A stretch of DNA of 64,000 nt from an uncultured virus (IMG/VR IMGVR_UViG_3300014203_000013). Lineage: Duplodnaviria > Heunggongvirae > Uroviricota > Caudoviricetes. Every line of letters begins with the position of its first letter. Positions within the stretch are counted from its first letter, which is position 1. Location of the stretch: the IMG/VR virus record IMGVR_UViG_3300014203_000013; one strand, given 5' to 3'. Positions 46,815 through 56,989 of the stretch are shown here, one piece after another. Below the pieces are notes generated by a model that was not told the DNA's origin, did no database searches, and was given only the letters and a program-made list of their open reading frames with translations. Both the position numbers and the translations under genes were made by a program.

Positions 46815-47051
46815 ATGACACAGAAACAGATTAATGAGTTACATAACAACTCGAAAAAAATGTGGGATGACATGCCACAAGATATCAGATCGATAATTAT
46901 GTCAAATCAGAAATACTGCCAGAGCCTGACGCTGGTGGAAAACGGAAGATCTGAAACCAAATGGATTAAAGAAGATCGTCCCGGACAGAATAAATTCAAG
47001 ATATATAGGATCGATCCGAAGGTTCCGATATCTGTCCTGATGAATGTCTAA
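46815..47051 (+). CDS. Hypothetical protein (plus strand)
   Basis: GGGAGGA RBS; no overlap with minus-strand genes. Confidence 0.65.
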   Translation: MTQKQINELHNNSKKMWDDMPQDIRSIIMSNQKYCQSLTLVENGRSETKWIKEDRPGQNKFKIYRIDPKVPISVLMNV

Positions 47052-47076
47052 TGACAGGAAGTCCTTTCTGTAAACT

Positions 47077-47418
47077 TTAGTAAAATCTTAGTTCTCTTCC
47101 TATAGATAGAAAATCTTCCCGAGAAAGCCCTAACCTTTCAATCATACAGGAAGCAATACCTTCTCCCGGAGACACATCTTCATGAAGAATTGTTTTGTCT
47201 TGTGTCCATTTTTCATTGATTAAATAACATGTCGCGCAAACAAGAGAGACCATTTCTTCATGGTTAGAATTTGATTTTGTGACAATTGTTTGAACAATAT
47301 CTTTCCAAAATTTTTCAAAAGCGAATTCTGAACAGTTGAAAACCAACTGTTCAGAATCATCTATTTTCTTAACTAAATCTTTTGCCTCTTCGATTTTGTG
47401 TTTCCATTCAAAATTCAT
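47077..47418 (-). CDS. Hypothetical protein
   Basis: GAGGG RBS. Confidence 0.6.
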   Translation of the reverse strand: MNFEWKHKIEEAKDLVKKIDDSEQLVFNCSEFAFEKFWKDIVQTIVTKSNSNHEEMVSLVCATCYLINEKWTQDKTILHEDVSPGEGIASCMIERLGLSREDFLSIGRELRFY

Positions 47419-47498
47419 TTTTCCCTCTTCTTGTTTCAAAACGTGTTGTTGACGTTGAATAAGAAACTTCCTAACAAAATCATTTTCAGCGTAACGTG

Positions 47499-48152
47499 TT
47501 ATTCTTTGGGATTCGTAGGCTTATAGGTCTTAACCCAATAATCAAATCCTTTGTTCTGTCGTTCGATCTGAGAAACATAGTTTAATGCTTTTGTAACGAC
47601 TCCAACTGGACTTGAAGACGGGAACACAACCGATTTGTCGCCGCCGAGTTTTACTCTAAGACTTACAGTGATATCTTGTTCGTCACTTTCGTTATTGTAT
47701 GTCGTTGTGATCTGAATAGTCCCGCAACGTCCATATGGACTTTGTTTCGTCATCAACCCGTACCATGCGATCTGGTAGTAGCTGTTTGAATTTACGGCTT
47801 GCTGGGCAGGCAGTTCCTTGATCAGCTTTACGCTGTCTACTCCGTCATTCTGAAACCGCTTCTGAAGGCTTGCTATCGTCTTCTGCATAACAGGACGCAT
47901 CATTCTTTCCGCATCTCTAAGACTTGCCGCATGTCTTTCATAATATCCGGAAAGTTTTTCAACAGCAGCCACCATATCATAACTTGACTTTTTCATCATG
48001 TTTATATTGACTGCCTGAACCTGTGCAACCGCCTCCGCCTCGGTATCGTGCCCCCCTCCGTCAATTGCCGTTCCTGCGTTGTTTTTGGCAATGCTTCCGT
48101 CAGTTTCAACCACTCTCCACTTCCCGCCTTTTTCTTCTGTTCGTACTGGCAT
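47499..48152 (-). CDS. Hypothetical protein, possible virion component
   Basis: KWRVVE...GGHDTEAEAVAQVQAV motif; GGGAG RBS. Confidence 0.65.
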   Translation of the reverse strand: MPVRTEEKGGKWRVVETDGSIAKNNAGTAIDGGGHDTEAEAVAQVQAVNINMMKKSSYDMVAAVEKLSGYYERHAASLRDAERMMRPVMQKTIASLQKRFQNDGVDSVKLIKELPAQQAVNSNSYYQIAWYGLMTKQSPYGRCGTIQITTTYNNESDEQDITVSLRVKLGGDKSVVFPSSSPVGVVTKALNYVSQIERQNKGFDYWVKTYKPTNPKE

Positions 48153-48201
48153 ATTTTTTCTCCCTGTGCTTTGAAAGCTGTTTCAGATATTAAAAAATCT
48201 T

Positions 48202-50100
48202 TCAAGAAACGAATTCTTCATTCTTGAAAATCTTGTGGTAGAAGCGGAGGATATTCTCATTTTGACGGGCTTTTGAAAAACTAGTATTCTTACGCAAGTA
48301 GCCGATTATCCTTGTCGCGTGGCTTACGTTGGGACTTCCACATTTGACGCAATGATTGGAAGTGAATTTGTTGATATGCTTACAATCTTCTTCTTCACAA
48401 CAGGTAATTGCTATGTTCGTACACCAATATGGTACGCCGAGACTCGCGGCTAAACACATCAGCTTGTAATAAGCTTCCTTGTCTGGATACTCCAAAAGAT
48501 TGAGATGTACAGCAGAACCACCGTCCATCGTTTTAGATATATCTTCTTCATAAAGTCTAAACTTGTCGATGATGTTTATGTCTTGGTCTTCAACGCGATA
48601 CAAATAAGAATTATAGGCTTCACGTTTAACAACATATCCGTCCTTTTTATCCCAACCGGCGAATTTAACTCCAAGATTTTCAGCCGGAACCATTTCAAGA
48701 TTGAACATCAATTCACGGTCTTTCCATGTTTCTTTAGCCTGCTTGTTAAATGAAGAAATCGTTTCAAAAATAGCTTTGAGATATTTCTTATAATCTTCGT
48801 TATAGGAAGGTTCAATACCTAGACTTTCTGCTCCTTCCAAAACGCCGTTGACACCGACAGTTAAATACTGTTTCTTCATTGTCACGAAACCGGCATCATA
48901 AAGGGGGAGCATTTTGGCGGTCTTCAAATCATCGAATATTGTCTTTGTGGCGACTTGATATTTATGAAGTTTAAGAACCTGTTCACTAAGAACATTCTTA
49001 ATGGAATTCAATTTATCAACAAGGCAACCCTGATTGTCTTTAACGGCATTCTGAACCAAGCGGTTTATATTGATAGTAATGACGTTCATTGATCCAGTAC
49101 TGACGCCACCTGCCCCGCTACTGTTTGAAAAAGTCGTGTCTGTCATTTCATTGGAAAGCCGGCAACATGAGGAAATCGCTTGTGGATTCTTTGACATAAA
49201 CATGAAAAAGGAATTCCCTTCACTAAGTTCTTTGGCAAGAAACCTAGCGAATTCTTCATCCTTCGGTTTACCGTCAGATGTCAATACGCTTGCCGTGATA
49301 ACAGGGAAGGTAAGAAGGGCTTTGGTACGTTCTTTGTTAATCCATTTAAGAAAGAATCTCTGAAGTTTTTCTAGGCTTTCCCAATTCGTAGGAGTAAAAT
49401 CAGGAAATACAAAATCTTCAAAAATAGCTTTGAAGTAATATTTGTCGAAAACTGACCAGTTGCAAAAAATAGATTGGTATCCTCTTGCCGCCGCAGGCTG
49501 ATTGATAGCATAGACTACACTCTGAAGATGGTTTTCAATTTCCTTTGCATCATTCTTCTGCTGTTCTGTTTTCGGAACCGTAAACCAATCTGCATAATCT
49601 TCTCCGTAATCCTTTCTCGCAAAGTAATCAAAGCACATCAGTGTCTCTGGCGCACCTACCGCCCCGAGAAGCTGAGAGGAAAGGGCAAACATCAGGTTGA
49701 CGTAATTCCCGCAAAAACTCGACAAGTGTTTTGGAGCTCCGGCTTCTCCTCCGAGTCCCTTCATACCATTAAGTAAGAAAGGATAAAGGCTTGCACTACA
49801 ACAGTAGGGGGCGAGCCCAGATTCATCGTGACAATAAATCTCGTGGTCTTTAAGCTGACGAAGATATTCTTCTGACAATTCCTTTCCGAAAAGCTTTGTA
49901 ATGTTGTCTGTCACCAATTTTCGCTTAAGCTGGATATTGAAATCCTTATGCAGTTCTCCCATCAATGTGCAAATGTTCTTACTGCTTACGTTGGCATTTG
50001 AGTCTACCACCGAGGCCGTTGCCGCGTTTTCAGCCTTAATGTAATTTCCTATAAAATTTATTTTTTCTTCAATCTGTTTTTCCGTCAATTTTACAAACAT
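48202..50100 (-). CDS. nrdD: Anaerobic (class III) ribonucleoside-triphosphate reductase
   Basis: YCHDE, PYCC, TFPV, SSCCRL, PAENL, DGGS, TRIIGYL glycyl-radical loop. Confidence 0.93.
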   Translation of the reverse strand: MFVKLTEKQIEEKINFIGNYIKAENAATASVVDSNANVSSKNICTLMGELHKDFNIQLKRKLVTDNITKLFGKELSEEYLRQLKDHEIYCHDESGLAPYCCSASLYPFLLNGMKGLGGEAGAPKHLSSFCGNYVNLMFALSSQLLGAVGAPETLMCFDYFARKDYGEDYADWFTVPKTEQQKNDAKEIENHLQSVVYAINQPAAARGYQSIFCNWSVFDKYYFKAIFEDFVFPDFTPTNWESLEKLQRFFLKWINKERTKALLTFPVITASVLTSDGKPKDEEFARFLAKELSEGNSFFMFMSKNPQAISSCCRLSNEMTDTTFSNSSGAGGVSTGSMNVITININRLVQNAVKDNQGCLVDKLNSIKNVLSEQVLKLHKYQVATKTIFDDLKTAKMLPLYDAGFVTMKKQYLTVGVNGVLEGAESLGIEPSYNEDYKKYLKAIFETISSFNKQAKETWKDRELMFNLEMVPAENLGVKFAGWDKKDGYVVKREAYNSYLYRVEDQDINIIDKFRLYEEDISKTMDGGSAVHLNLLEYPDKEAYYKLMCLAASLGVPYWCTNIAITCCEEEDCKHINKFTSNHCVKCGSPNVSHATRIIGYLRKNTSFSKARQNENILRFYHKIFKNEEFVS

Positions 50101-50111
50101 CTAATCTTCTC

Positions 50112-50570
50112 CTATTTTCCGATTTGAAACTTATAAGTCAAATCCGTATTATTTTTAATATCCCAAAACCGTTGATTGCTGTTCTTCTCTGCCAACGGGA
50201 TTCCTTCCCATCTCCCATATTTGCAGTAGTCTAGATTTTTAATAATGGAAGGTTCTATTTCTCCGATATTCTTAAGTCCGGTATAGAGGCAGGTCTTATA
50301 TCCGTTTGATTTGGATCTTTCCAGATATACGGTTAATTCGTTACCTAACCAACAGCCACCCATAAACACGACGGCTGTCGCTTGATTATGATATTTCCTG
50401 AGCTCTTCTTCAAACATAGATAAGGTTAATTCAACTCTGCCGAATTTTTCTAAGCTTTTGTAGCTGCAACCCTTACATCCGTAAGGACATCCAGCGACCA
50501 TTATTCCTAGACTTATTTCTCCTGGACATTCGCTTAAGACAACGTTGATAACCGGTTTAAAAACTTCCAT
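50112..50570 (-). CDS. nrdG: Anaerobic RNR activating radical SAM protein
   Basis: ECPGEISL, CPYGCKGC, FMGG, LYTG, SNQRF; adjacent to nrdD. Confidence 0.88.
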   Translation of the reverse strand: MEVFKPVINVVLSECPGEISLGIMVAGCPYGCKGCSYKSLEKFGRVELTLSMFEEELRKYHNQATAVVFMGGCWLGNELTVYLERSKSNGYKTCLYTGLKNIGEIEPSIIKNLDYCKYGRWEGIPLAEKNSNQRFWDIKNNTDLTYKFQIGK

Positions 50571-50596
50571 TTAATATATTCTCCTAAAAAAGACCA

Positions 50597-51022
50597 TCAT
50601 TTCTTATTTGACGGTCTTCCTGTTTGTGATAATTTTTGTATCGCTTTTGAATTTAAGGGTTTAGAAAAGAAGTCTCGGTTCTTCTTTGCGATTCTGGCAT
50701 TCTGTCTTTCTTCACCAGACAACATCTGTTCTTTTACTTTTGACCCGTCCTTCTTTACGCCATTATACCATTCATGGAAATTTCCTGTTTTCATCTGAAC
50801 AGATTCTATTCCGTAATTTTCACGAAGATCTGCCATCATGTCAACAGTGGCGGAATTTGAAGAAAGGGTATGTCCTCTGTTACCTAGATAAAAGCCAGAA
50901 ACGCTTTTCTTTATCTCCAGACTTCCGCAAACCGGACATCCTTCTGAAGGAATTTCTCCGAAACGATGGAAAACTTCAAATAAAGACGCGCATTTTTTAC
51001 ATTGATAGTCGTAAGTCGGCAT
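50597..51022 (-). CDS. FmdB-family zinc-ribbon protein
   Basis: MPTYDYQCKKC..FE...CPVCGS. Confidence 0.8.
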   Translation of the reverse strand: MPTYDYQCKKCASLFEVFHRFGEIPSEGCPVCGSLEIKKSVSGFYLGNRGHTLSSNSATVDMMADLRENYGIESVQMKTGNFHEWYNGVKKDGSKVKEQMLSGEERQNARIAKKNRDFFSKPLNSKAIQKLSQTGRPSNKK

Positions 51023-51115
51023 GTTGAATTAGATGCAAAATCCGCCGAAGTTTTGCCTTCGTGCGGATGTGGTTTTTTGTTTTTGTACAGATGTTTTCTG
51101 TATCAAAAAAACATC

Positions 51116-51388
51116 TTATTTCCGATATCCTAACAGACCGATTTTCTTCAAGATTTCATTTACGTCTTTTATTTGAATGCCATCTGATGTTAATAATATC
51201 GGCGCAACATTTTCTATTCCAAGCCTTTGTGTCAGTTCTTTCGTACCTGCGCTGGAAAGAGTAAAAAATACACAAATTTTTTCTCCGTTTGATCCTTGAA
51301 ATTCATCGTTTTCCGCTTTGTTGAGGTCTAAATTAACTTTAACAGTAGAACAATCTAGACATCCTTTTTCTAATATTAATATATTCAT
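51116..51388 (-). CDS. Glutaredoxin/thioredoxin-like protein
   Basis: CLDC, cis-Pro VAP; next to nrdDG. Confidence 0.65.
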   Translation of the reverse strand: MNILILEKGCLDCSTVKVNLDLNKAENDEFQGSNGEKICVFFTLSSAGTKELTQRLGIENVAPILLTSDGIQIKDVNEILKKIGLLGYRK

Positions 51389-51594
51389 TGGTTTGTGTCC
51401 TTCTTTTTAAAACGATAGCAACTTTCGCAACAACTACAATCTTTCTTAATGCCGTCACATCGTATTACTTCATAGATTTCCTTTATGTGTTTTCCACCAC
51501 AGCAAGTCCTTGTTACCATGCTGAAGTGTTCATAGAACCGGCAATCTTTATGTTTGCTTTCTCTCCTATGAATTTCGTTCATAGTCTCTTTCAT
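51385..51594 (-). CDS. Cys-rich small protein
   Basis: CCGG...CSCCESC. Confidence 0.55.
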   Translation of the reverse strand: MKETMNEIHRRESKHKDCRFYEHFSMVTRTCCGGKHIKEIYEVIRCDGIKKDCSCCESCYRFKKKDTNQ

Positions 51595-52331
51595 GAAAGA
51601 ATCCTTTTAGTCGGTCTTTTAAAAGCCAATTCAGATTCAAGTGTGTAAACTTCCCTGTCCAAGTCATCCCTCTTTTCCCAGTCTTCTTTAACAAGAATCC
51701 CCTTATCAGAATCTTCGTCTATTTTCTTTTCTAAGGCGGATAACTGATTCTTAAGCCCTTCTAGTCGCTTAAACGAATCTGCGTGTTGCGTCGGATGTTC
51801 TTGGAAACGAAGGGAATCAATAAGTTTTGACCCTTCTTCTGTCAGCATCCCTAAGTCGATTTCCTGATCTGGATAATTCTGCTGTAGCTTTTTCAAAAGA
51901 AGCGTTCCGTACCCCTTCCTTCTTTCTTCTGGGTTGACGTTTAGGAATTTAACCTTTGGCTTGCCTGCATATTCTGAATAGTCAATTTTGCCTACTGGGA
52001 CATGATCCCTATGAAGACTCAAAGTAAGATCCTTCTGCCCACCGCTATACCCAGTCAGTTCTTCATTGAACTTGTGCCTGACGTGATGATTCGTTCTATC
52101 GGCATTCGGATGGATCTTTAGGTATTCCTGCATTTCTTCTTCTGTATCAAATTCCATTGCTGTTCTAGGGAAAGGATCGTGCCTTTCATAAAGACTTTCT
52201 ATGTCCGTGCCTGCCCTTTCTGCTAATTTGTCAAGCAATGATTCTCCCGCTCCGTAGTCTGGCTGGCTTCTTAACGGTTGTTGAAAGCCACTCGCTAAAA
52301 TTTTAGCCAAAGCTTGTAGTTCTTTTTTCAT
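51591..52331 (-). CDS. GNAT acetyltransferase-domain protein, possibly virion-packaged
   Basis: VNPEERRKGYGTLLL acetyl-CoA motif; N-terminal MEFDTEEEMQEYLKIHPNAD motif. Confidence 0.7.
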   Translation of the reverse strand: MKKELQALAKILASGFQQPLRSQPDYGAGESLLDKLAERAGTDIESLYERHDPFPRTAMEFDTEEEMQEYLKIHPNADRTNHHVRHKFNEELTGYSGGQKDLTLSLHRDHVPVGKIDYSEYAGKPKVKFLNVNPEERRKGYGTLLLKKLQQNYPDQEIDLGMLTEEGSKLIDSLRFQEHPTQHADSFKRLEGLKNQLSALEKKIDEDSDKGILVKEDWEKRDDLDREVYTLESELAFKRPTKRILS

Positions 52332-52350
52332 GCTAATGTTGCGGGTATCA

Positions 52351-52391
52351 AAAAAAGAAGGGAACCTGATTTTATTCTAGTTCCCTCTTTA
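52351..52391. terminator. Putative terminator hairpin
   Basis: AAGAAGGGAAC...GTTCCCTCTTT. Confidence 0.5.
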
Positions 52392-52413
52392 TTTTAATAT
52401 CTACTTATTGACT

Positions 52414-53685
52414 TTAGTATGTTTCACCTTCGTTAAGCCAGAATTCGGTATAGTCAAATTCATACTTTCCGCTGACGAAGAATGATGTTATGCATGCCGG
52501 TGTGTGACGGGCGGCTGACATATCGAATCCCGTGCTGGATACCAAGCAACCGGCAATTCCCAAATCAGGCGTATTGCAAGGCGCGTGGTAATGACCCATT
52601 AGAATCTTGTCAAAATGCATGTCTTCTGACATATTCATTCTGAGGTGGCTTTCACGCCAAAGCTTTCTTGTAATACCCGTCATCGGGAACAAAGCACCTC
52701 CACCGCCCCTTACGCAGTTCCCGTGCATGATAAGATAACGTCTGTCATGAATCCTGATAATCTGCTGTAGTTGAGGATAAATGTTAAATTCAATATTATC
52801 GTGTTTCGAAACCAACGCTTTTGTAAGGTGTCCGACCAAGTAATTGTAACTGTTGGTTCCGTCTGCGAATTCTATCTTTTGAGTAACACGGCTATGATTA
52901 TCCGGGACGATAAATTCTATCCTGACTTTCTTGAAATGAGGGGCTAGGCTTGCGAATAGGCTAGACAGTAATTCTGAAGCCTTCTTGACCTGTTCCGGGC
53001 AACTGAATTCATTTGATCTTATCAGTTCATCATGGATATCTCCGCTTATCATATCTCCGAGGCAACAAATGCATATTTCATCTATGACATAGCTGTTCCG
53101 ATGAAGTTCACACCAATCAAGAACTTTCTTTAAATATATTTCTACCCTTCTGCAAGCAATGCAATAATCAAACTTATTGAAACCGGGGATGTATTCCTTT
53201 GCTCCGATGTGAAAGTCCGCCAAGAGGGATACAAGTGTCGCCTGTTTTTTATCTGACTGCTTCTGTGGGCGATAGAGTATCGGGAAAGGCTTGATGGTAT
53301 TGATGTCTCCAGTAAGTCTTTCCAGGTTGAGTTCTTCATTACCCTTGTTTTGTAGAAGTCTTTTTAACTGCCTTTTAAGCTTGGAATTTTCAGAAATTAA
53401 GGCGTGTTTAACCGGATCTTCAATTTCATCTGGGACCTCTGGTTCCCATCCATCCGGCGCTTCCGGAACTGTTTCTGAATTTACATCGCTGAAATCGTTT
53501 TCCCAGGTTTTCGGAATTCCTTTTATTGGTTTCCATTTTCCGTCTTCAGTCATAAGTTGACCGAGCTTGCGAACCACCGCCTTTCTTGTCGCTCCAGTTT
53601 CTGAGACGATCTGCTGAATCAATTCTTCCTTTTCGTCGATATCCTGAAACATTTGAAACGCTTCTGCAATCGTTGTTTTGTTCAT
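52414..53685 (-). CDS. Calcineurin-like phosphoesterase with N-terminal coiled region
   Basis: ADFHIG, LGDMISG, DNHSR, MHGN, MGHYH. Confidence 0.8.
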   Translation of the reverse strand: MNKTTIAEAFQMFQDIDEKEELIQQIVSETGATRKAVVRKLGQLMTEDGKWKPIKGIPKTWENDFSDVNSETVPEAPDGWEPEVPDEIEDPVKHALISENSKLKRQLKRLLQNKGNEELNLERLTGDINTIKPFPILYRPQKQSDKKQATLVSLLADFHIGAKEYIPGFNKFDYCIACRRVEIYLKKVLDWCELHRNSYVIDEICICCLGDMISGDIHDELIRSNEFSCPEQVKKASELLSSLFASLAPHFKKVRIEFIVPDNHSRVTQKIEFADGTNSYNYLVGHLTKALVSKHDNIEFNIYPQLQQIIRIHDRRYLIMHGNCVRGGGGALFPMTGITRKLWRESHLRMNMSEDMHFDKILMGHYHAPCNTPDLGIAGCLVSSTGFDMSAARHTPACITSFFVSGKYEFDYTEFWLNEGETY

Positions 53686-54999
53686 TCCTGTCCTTTGGTT
53701 TGGTTTTCTATTCTAGCTTTGGCTATCTGGAAATATTCATCTTCCTTTTCAATTCCAATAAAATCGAATCCTTCAAGTAAGGCGGCTTTACCTGTAGTTC
53801 CGCTTCCCATAAATGGATCTAGAACTGTTCCATTTTCAGGTGTTACAAGTCGGCATAAATAGCGCATCAATGTCAACGGCTTAACTGTAGGATGGATATT
53901 CTTTTGCCCTTCTTTGGGTAAGTCTTCGTTCCGTTCTCTGACTGAAGCCTTCGCACAGTAGAAGAATCGAGCCGAAGAACCAGAATCATTTCTAGGAATT
54001 AGTTTCCCTCTTCTTAGAGGAATATTTTTACCTTCTTTTCCGATTTCCGCATTGCCGTTTGATTTTCCACTTTTAGCATCTGGAAACAATTCAAGAACTT
54101 CTTCGCTCCCGTCGTGAATTAAATTAGCTGGCCAACGACCAAGTTTTTCGCTACGAGCCACGGACTGGCGCGAACGCTCTACATTTGCCGCAACCGATTC
54201 AGGGTTGTTCATCCAAGGGCGCTTCCATCCACCGTTCATTTGTTGACCAGCGCTTGAGTGCCCTCCTCCAAGTTTGTCTTCCGTCACAACCCTGCACCCT
54301 TCAATGTTTATAGCCCCTGTGCCGTGTTCCAATCCGTTTTGAGCAACTGTACCTTCAAAAGGCTTCCGAGCTAAAATAATGGGCTCTAGCGCTGGTTTTA
54401 AACCTGTTCCCCAGCCCTGCCACTTCTTAGCCTCTTCTGTTGCCGGAACATCATAAATAATTCTCTGTTTCGTCTTTTCATTTTCGTCGTCTTTTATTAT
54501 CCCTCCGACTCTTTCCCCTCCGCTCCACACCCTAGCCCCTTCGGTTCTTTCTTTCCCTGCTGCTTTATCAAGAGCTTTGCTTACATCCATGCTTTTCGGG
54601 AAACCCTGAGCATACACCCATGCCACTGTATCTCTGATTTCGAATCCGGCAAATCGCAAAGACATCGCCATCCAATCTTGTGTGCGGGTTCCTGCAAAAA
54701 GAAAGCAGATGCCCGCCCGGTTTCAACACGCGTAGACATCCCTTCCAAAGGTTTGGCTGAGGAACAAAAGCATCCCATTCTTTACCCATGAAACCCTTTC
54801 CAGTGATTTCATGATAACCCTTTTCCACCCAATCTTTCATGACTTCAATCGGGTCTGGTTGTTTACCTAGCCCGTACGGGGGATCGCAACATATTGACGA
54901 GACAGAACTAGAAGGAATATTTTTGAGTTTTTGTAAGCTATCTCCACAAACAATTTCAAACCTATCTGTTTCAAACGAATCCTTCCAAATTTTATCCAT
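53682..54999 (-). pseudogene. N6/N4 DNA methyltransferase (beta class) split by a +1 frameshift at 54696-54700
   Basis: DPPY and RVLKPGGHLLSF in 54568..54999; AGTRTQDW...HPTVKP...VLDPFMGSGTT in the other frame; removing one T from the T5 run joins them. Confidence 0.85.
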
Positions 55000-55192
55000 T
55001 TTTTATATTCTCCATTAAACTACTGATAGTTTCTGATAAGTTTAGATTTATATCATATTCCCAAAGCTCAATAAGTTTAATGTTTAAAGACTTAAGTAGA
55101 GAAACCTTTTTGTTGTATGCAATTAAAGTTTTCTTTTGTGCAAGAGAAATTGAACCATTTGGGTAAAATCTAGGATCGCATTGAACGAATAA
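54992..55192 (-). pseudogene. C-terminal remnant of a Vsr-like endonuclease
   Basis: CDPRFYPNG...KKVSLLKSLNIKLIELWEYDI...IKNG*; no start codon; stop overlaps MTase ATG. Confidence 0.6.
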
Positions 55193-55289
55193 TAACGGAA
55201 GTTCTAGGGGGATATATCACGATGGAATTTACGCTATTATCAGCAAGTTCTTTAATGGTTTCATTGCTATTTCCCAAGTACAAGTTCAT
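55170..55289 (-). pseudogene. Orphaned original 5' end of the DNA methyltransferase gene
   Basis: MNLYLGNSNETIKELADNSVNSIVIYPP (motif IV damaged); ATG overlaps upstream TAA. Confidence 0.7.
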
Positions 55290-55570
55290 TATTTCCAAAA
55301 ACCTTCAATTAATCGGCATGCCGATTCCATTTCTTCCATCATTTTTCTTGTCTTCTCCACCTTCTTAATATCTTTAATTCTTACAGCATTAATCCATTTC
55401 CGGATTTCAGGTTCTGTGATTCTACTGGAACACTTTTCTGCAATTAAATACTTATTGTCAACAATCAAATAATGTCTACCCTGTTTCTTTACACTGTAAC
55501 GTCCTTCCCGAAACACTTCAATACTGTTTTCTAAATAACTAACGTCTCTTGGTTCTGCTAAATACCACAT
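55289..55570 (-). CDS. Hypothetical protein
   Basis: ATG MWYL after AAAGGA RBS. Confidence 0.55.
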   Translation of the reverse strand: MWYLAEPRDVSYLENSIEVFREGRYSVKKQGRHYLIVDNKYLIAEKCSSRITEPEIRKWINAVRIKDIKKVEKTRKMMEEMESACRLIEGFWK

Positions 55571-55572
55571 TT

Positions 55573-55794
55573 TTATCCTTTCGTTTTTCTTAAAGTCCAA
55601 CGCAAATAGAATCTGGTTCCAAGTATACGTATCCACAGAACACGCCATGAGTTCCATGCTTTAATTTCAGGAAATTCATAACCGCACCATCCTTTGAATT
55701 TCCCCTTGAATCCACCACAATAGCTACAAGTACAATTTAGATGCTTTTCAAGAAGTATTGTATTCCCGAACCTACGGATATCTAAGATATTCAT
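55573..55794 (-). CDS. Hypothetical protein
   Basis: ATG overlaps resolvase TGA. Confidence 0.5.
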   Translation of the reverse strand: MNILDIRRFGNTILLEKHLNCTCSYCGGFKGKFKGWCGYEFPEIKAWNSWRVLWIRILGTRFYLRWTLRKTKG

Positions 55795-56378
55795 TGTTGG
55801 TCCCCGATTTTCTTGTTTTCTCTTTCCTTCCAAGTAACGGCAATCGCCATTGCGCTCCACGCGTCTTTTGCGAACCCATAGAAGAAACCGGGATTTTTCT
55901 TTGTTCCGACTTCACCGAATCTGTCGATAAGAGCCTGCCTGATATTCCCGTCTTTGGCCTTGCTTGTATTACAGAGACACATTTTCTCTTCCATGCGTGC
56001 CACCATATCAACTCTTAGACCATTGTCCAAGGCCCGTTGAATGAAACGTCCATTCCACTGGATGCTGTCAATGGTAGATTGTCCTATCGCCATGCCATAG
56101 CTTTTAAACTGTTCCAATACCACAACGTCTTTATCTGAAAGGGTATTGATTATGTCTAGAACTTCTTCATTCCCTATCTTTCCGAACTTATATGGTTTCA
56201 GAGTGTCGAAACCGACAATACAATATCCTGTTTCTACAGTTCCTGCATCAATCGCAAGAATTTTATTTTCCGTCTTCTTTAACAGATTGCCCAAACCGTC
56301 AAACATTTCTTCAAAATCTATCTTTCCTTCTTCCCCGTCTGGAAAGACTGCCTTTAAATTATGTGTTTTTATTTCCAT
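55791..56378 (-). CDS. RuvC-like Holliday junction resolvase
   Basis: ILAIDAGT.ETGYC, VVLE, KDAWSAMAIA. Confidence 0.8.
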   Translation of the reverse strand: MEIKTHNLKAVFPDGEEGKIDFEEMFDGLGNLLKKTENKILAIDAGTVETGYCIVGFDTLKPYKFGKIGNEEVLDIINTLSDKDVVVLEQFKSYGMAIGQSTIDSIQWNGRFIQRALDNGLRVDMVARMEEKMCLCNTSKAKDGNIRQALIDRFGEVGTKKNPGFFYGFAKDAWSAMAIAVTWKERENKKIGDQQ

Positions 56379-56989
56379 ACGTTTTCCATTTGTTCTTTCA
56401 TCAGTCTATCATGTAATTCCATGAATAGATTACGTAGGCCTTCATCTTCAATCGACTTCATGAACATCAGACCGAACATGCGGATTTCACTTTTTTCCCG
56501 ATTAACGAATCCGAATTGTCTGGTTTTAGGATTATCACAGAGATTGTGCCAAGACTTGTCATTGATACATTCAAGTAGTTCTGCTGTATCCGTTGAATTC
56601 TTTACATTCTGAATCCTTCCGTATTTCTGAAACACAAATTGAATGTTGCTTTCCTGTTTTTTTATTTCATCTTCATACCACACGACACAACCTTTTTTAC
56701 CTTCCAAAATATCTTCATATGGAATGACGTGAATCTGCCAGTCTTCTTCCTTTTCAGTAAATGAAAAAAGTTGTTTTATTTTCAGAAGGTCTCCTTCTGA
56801 ACCAACAAATATTTCTTCTGAATCTTTATTCGTATTGATGACACGGAAAAGATAATTTCCGACTGTCAAGGAATCTCCTTTGATTTCGATATCCGAAATT
56901 CCTTCTTTTAGCATTATGGCAGACATGAAGTAATAAAAACGTTTCTGCCCGTCCATGCTCGTGTTGATTCTGATCTCTTGAATTTTCAT
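56369..56989 (-). CDS. Hypothetical protein
   Basis: Coupled ORF. Confidence 0.65.
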   Translation of the reverse strand: MKIQEIRINTSMDGQKRFYYFMSAIMLKEGISDIEIKGDSLTVGNYLFRVINTNKDSEEIFVGSEGDLLKIKQLFSFTEKEEDWQIHVIPYEDILEGKKGCVVWYEDEIKKQESNIQFVFQKYGRIQNVKNSTDTAELLECINDKSWHNLCDNPKTRQFGFVNREKSEIRMFGLMFMKSIEDEGLRNLFMELHDRLMKEQMENVWK

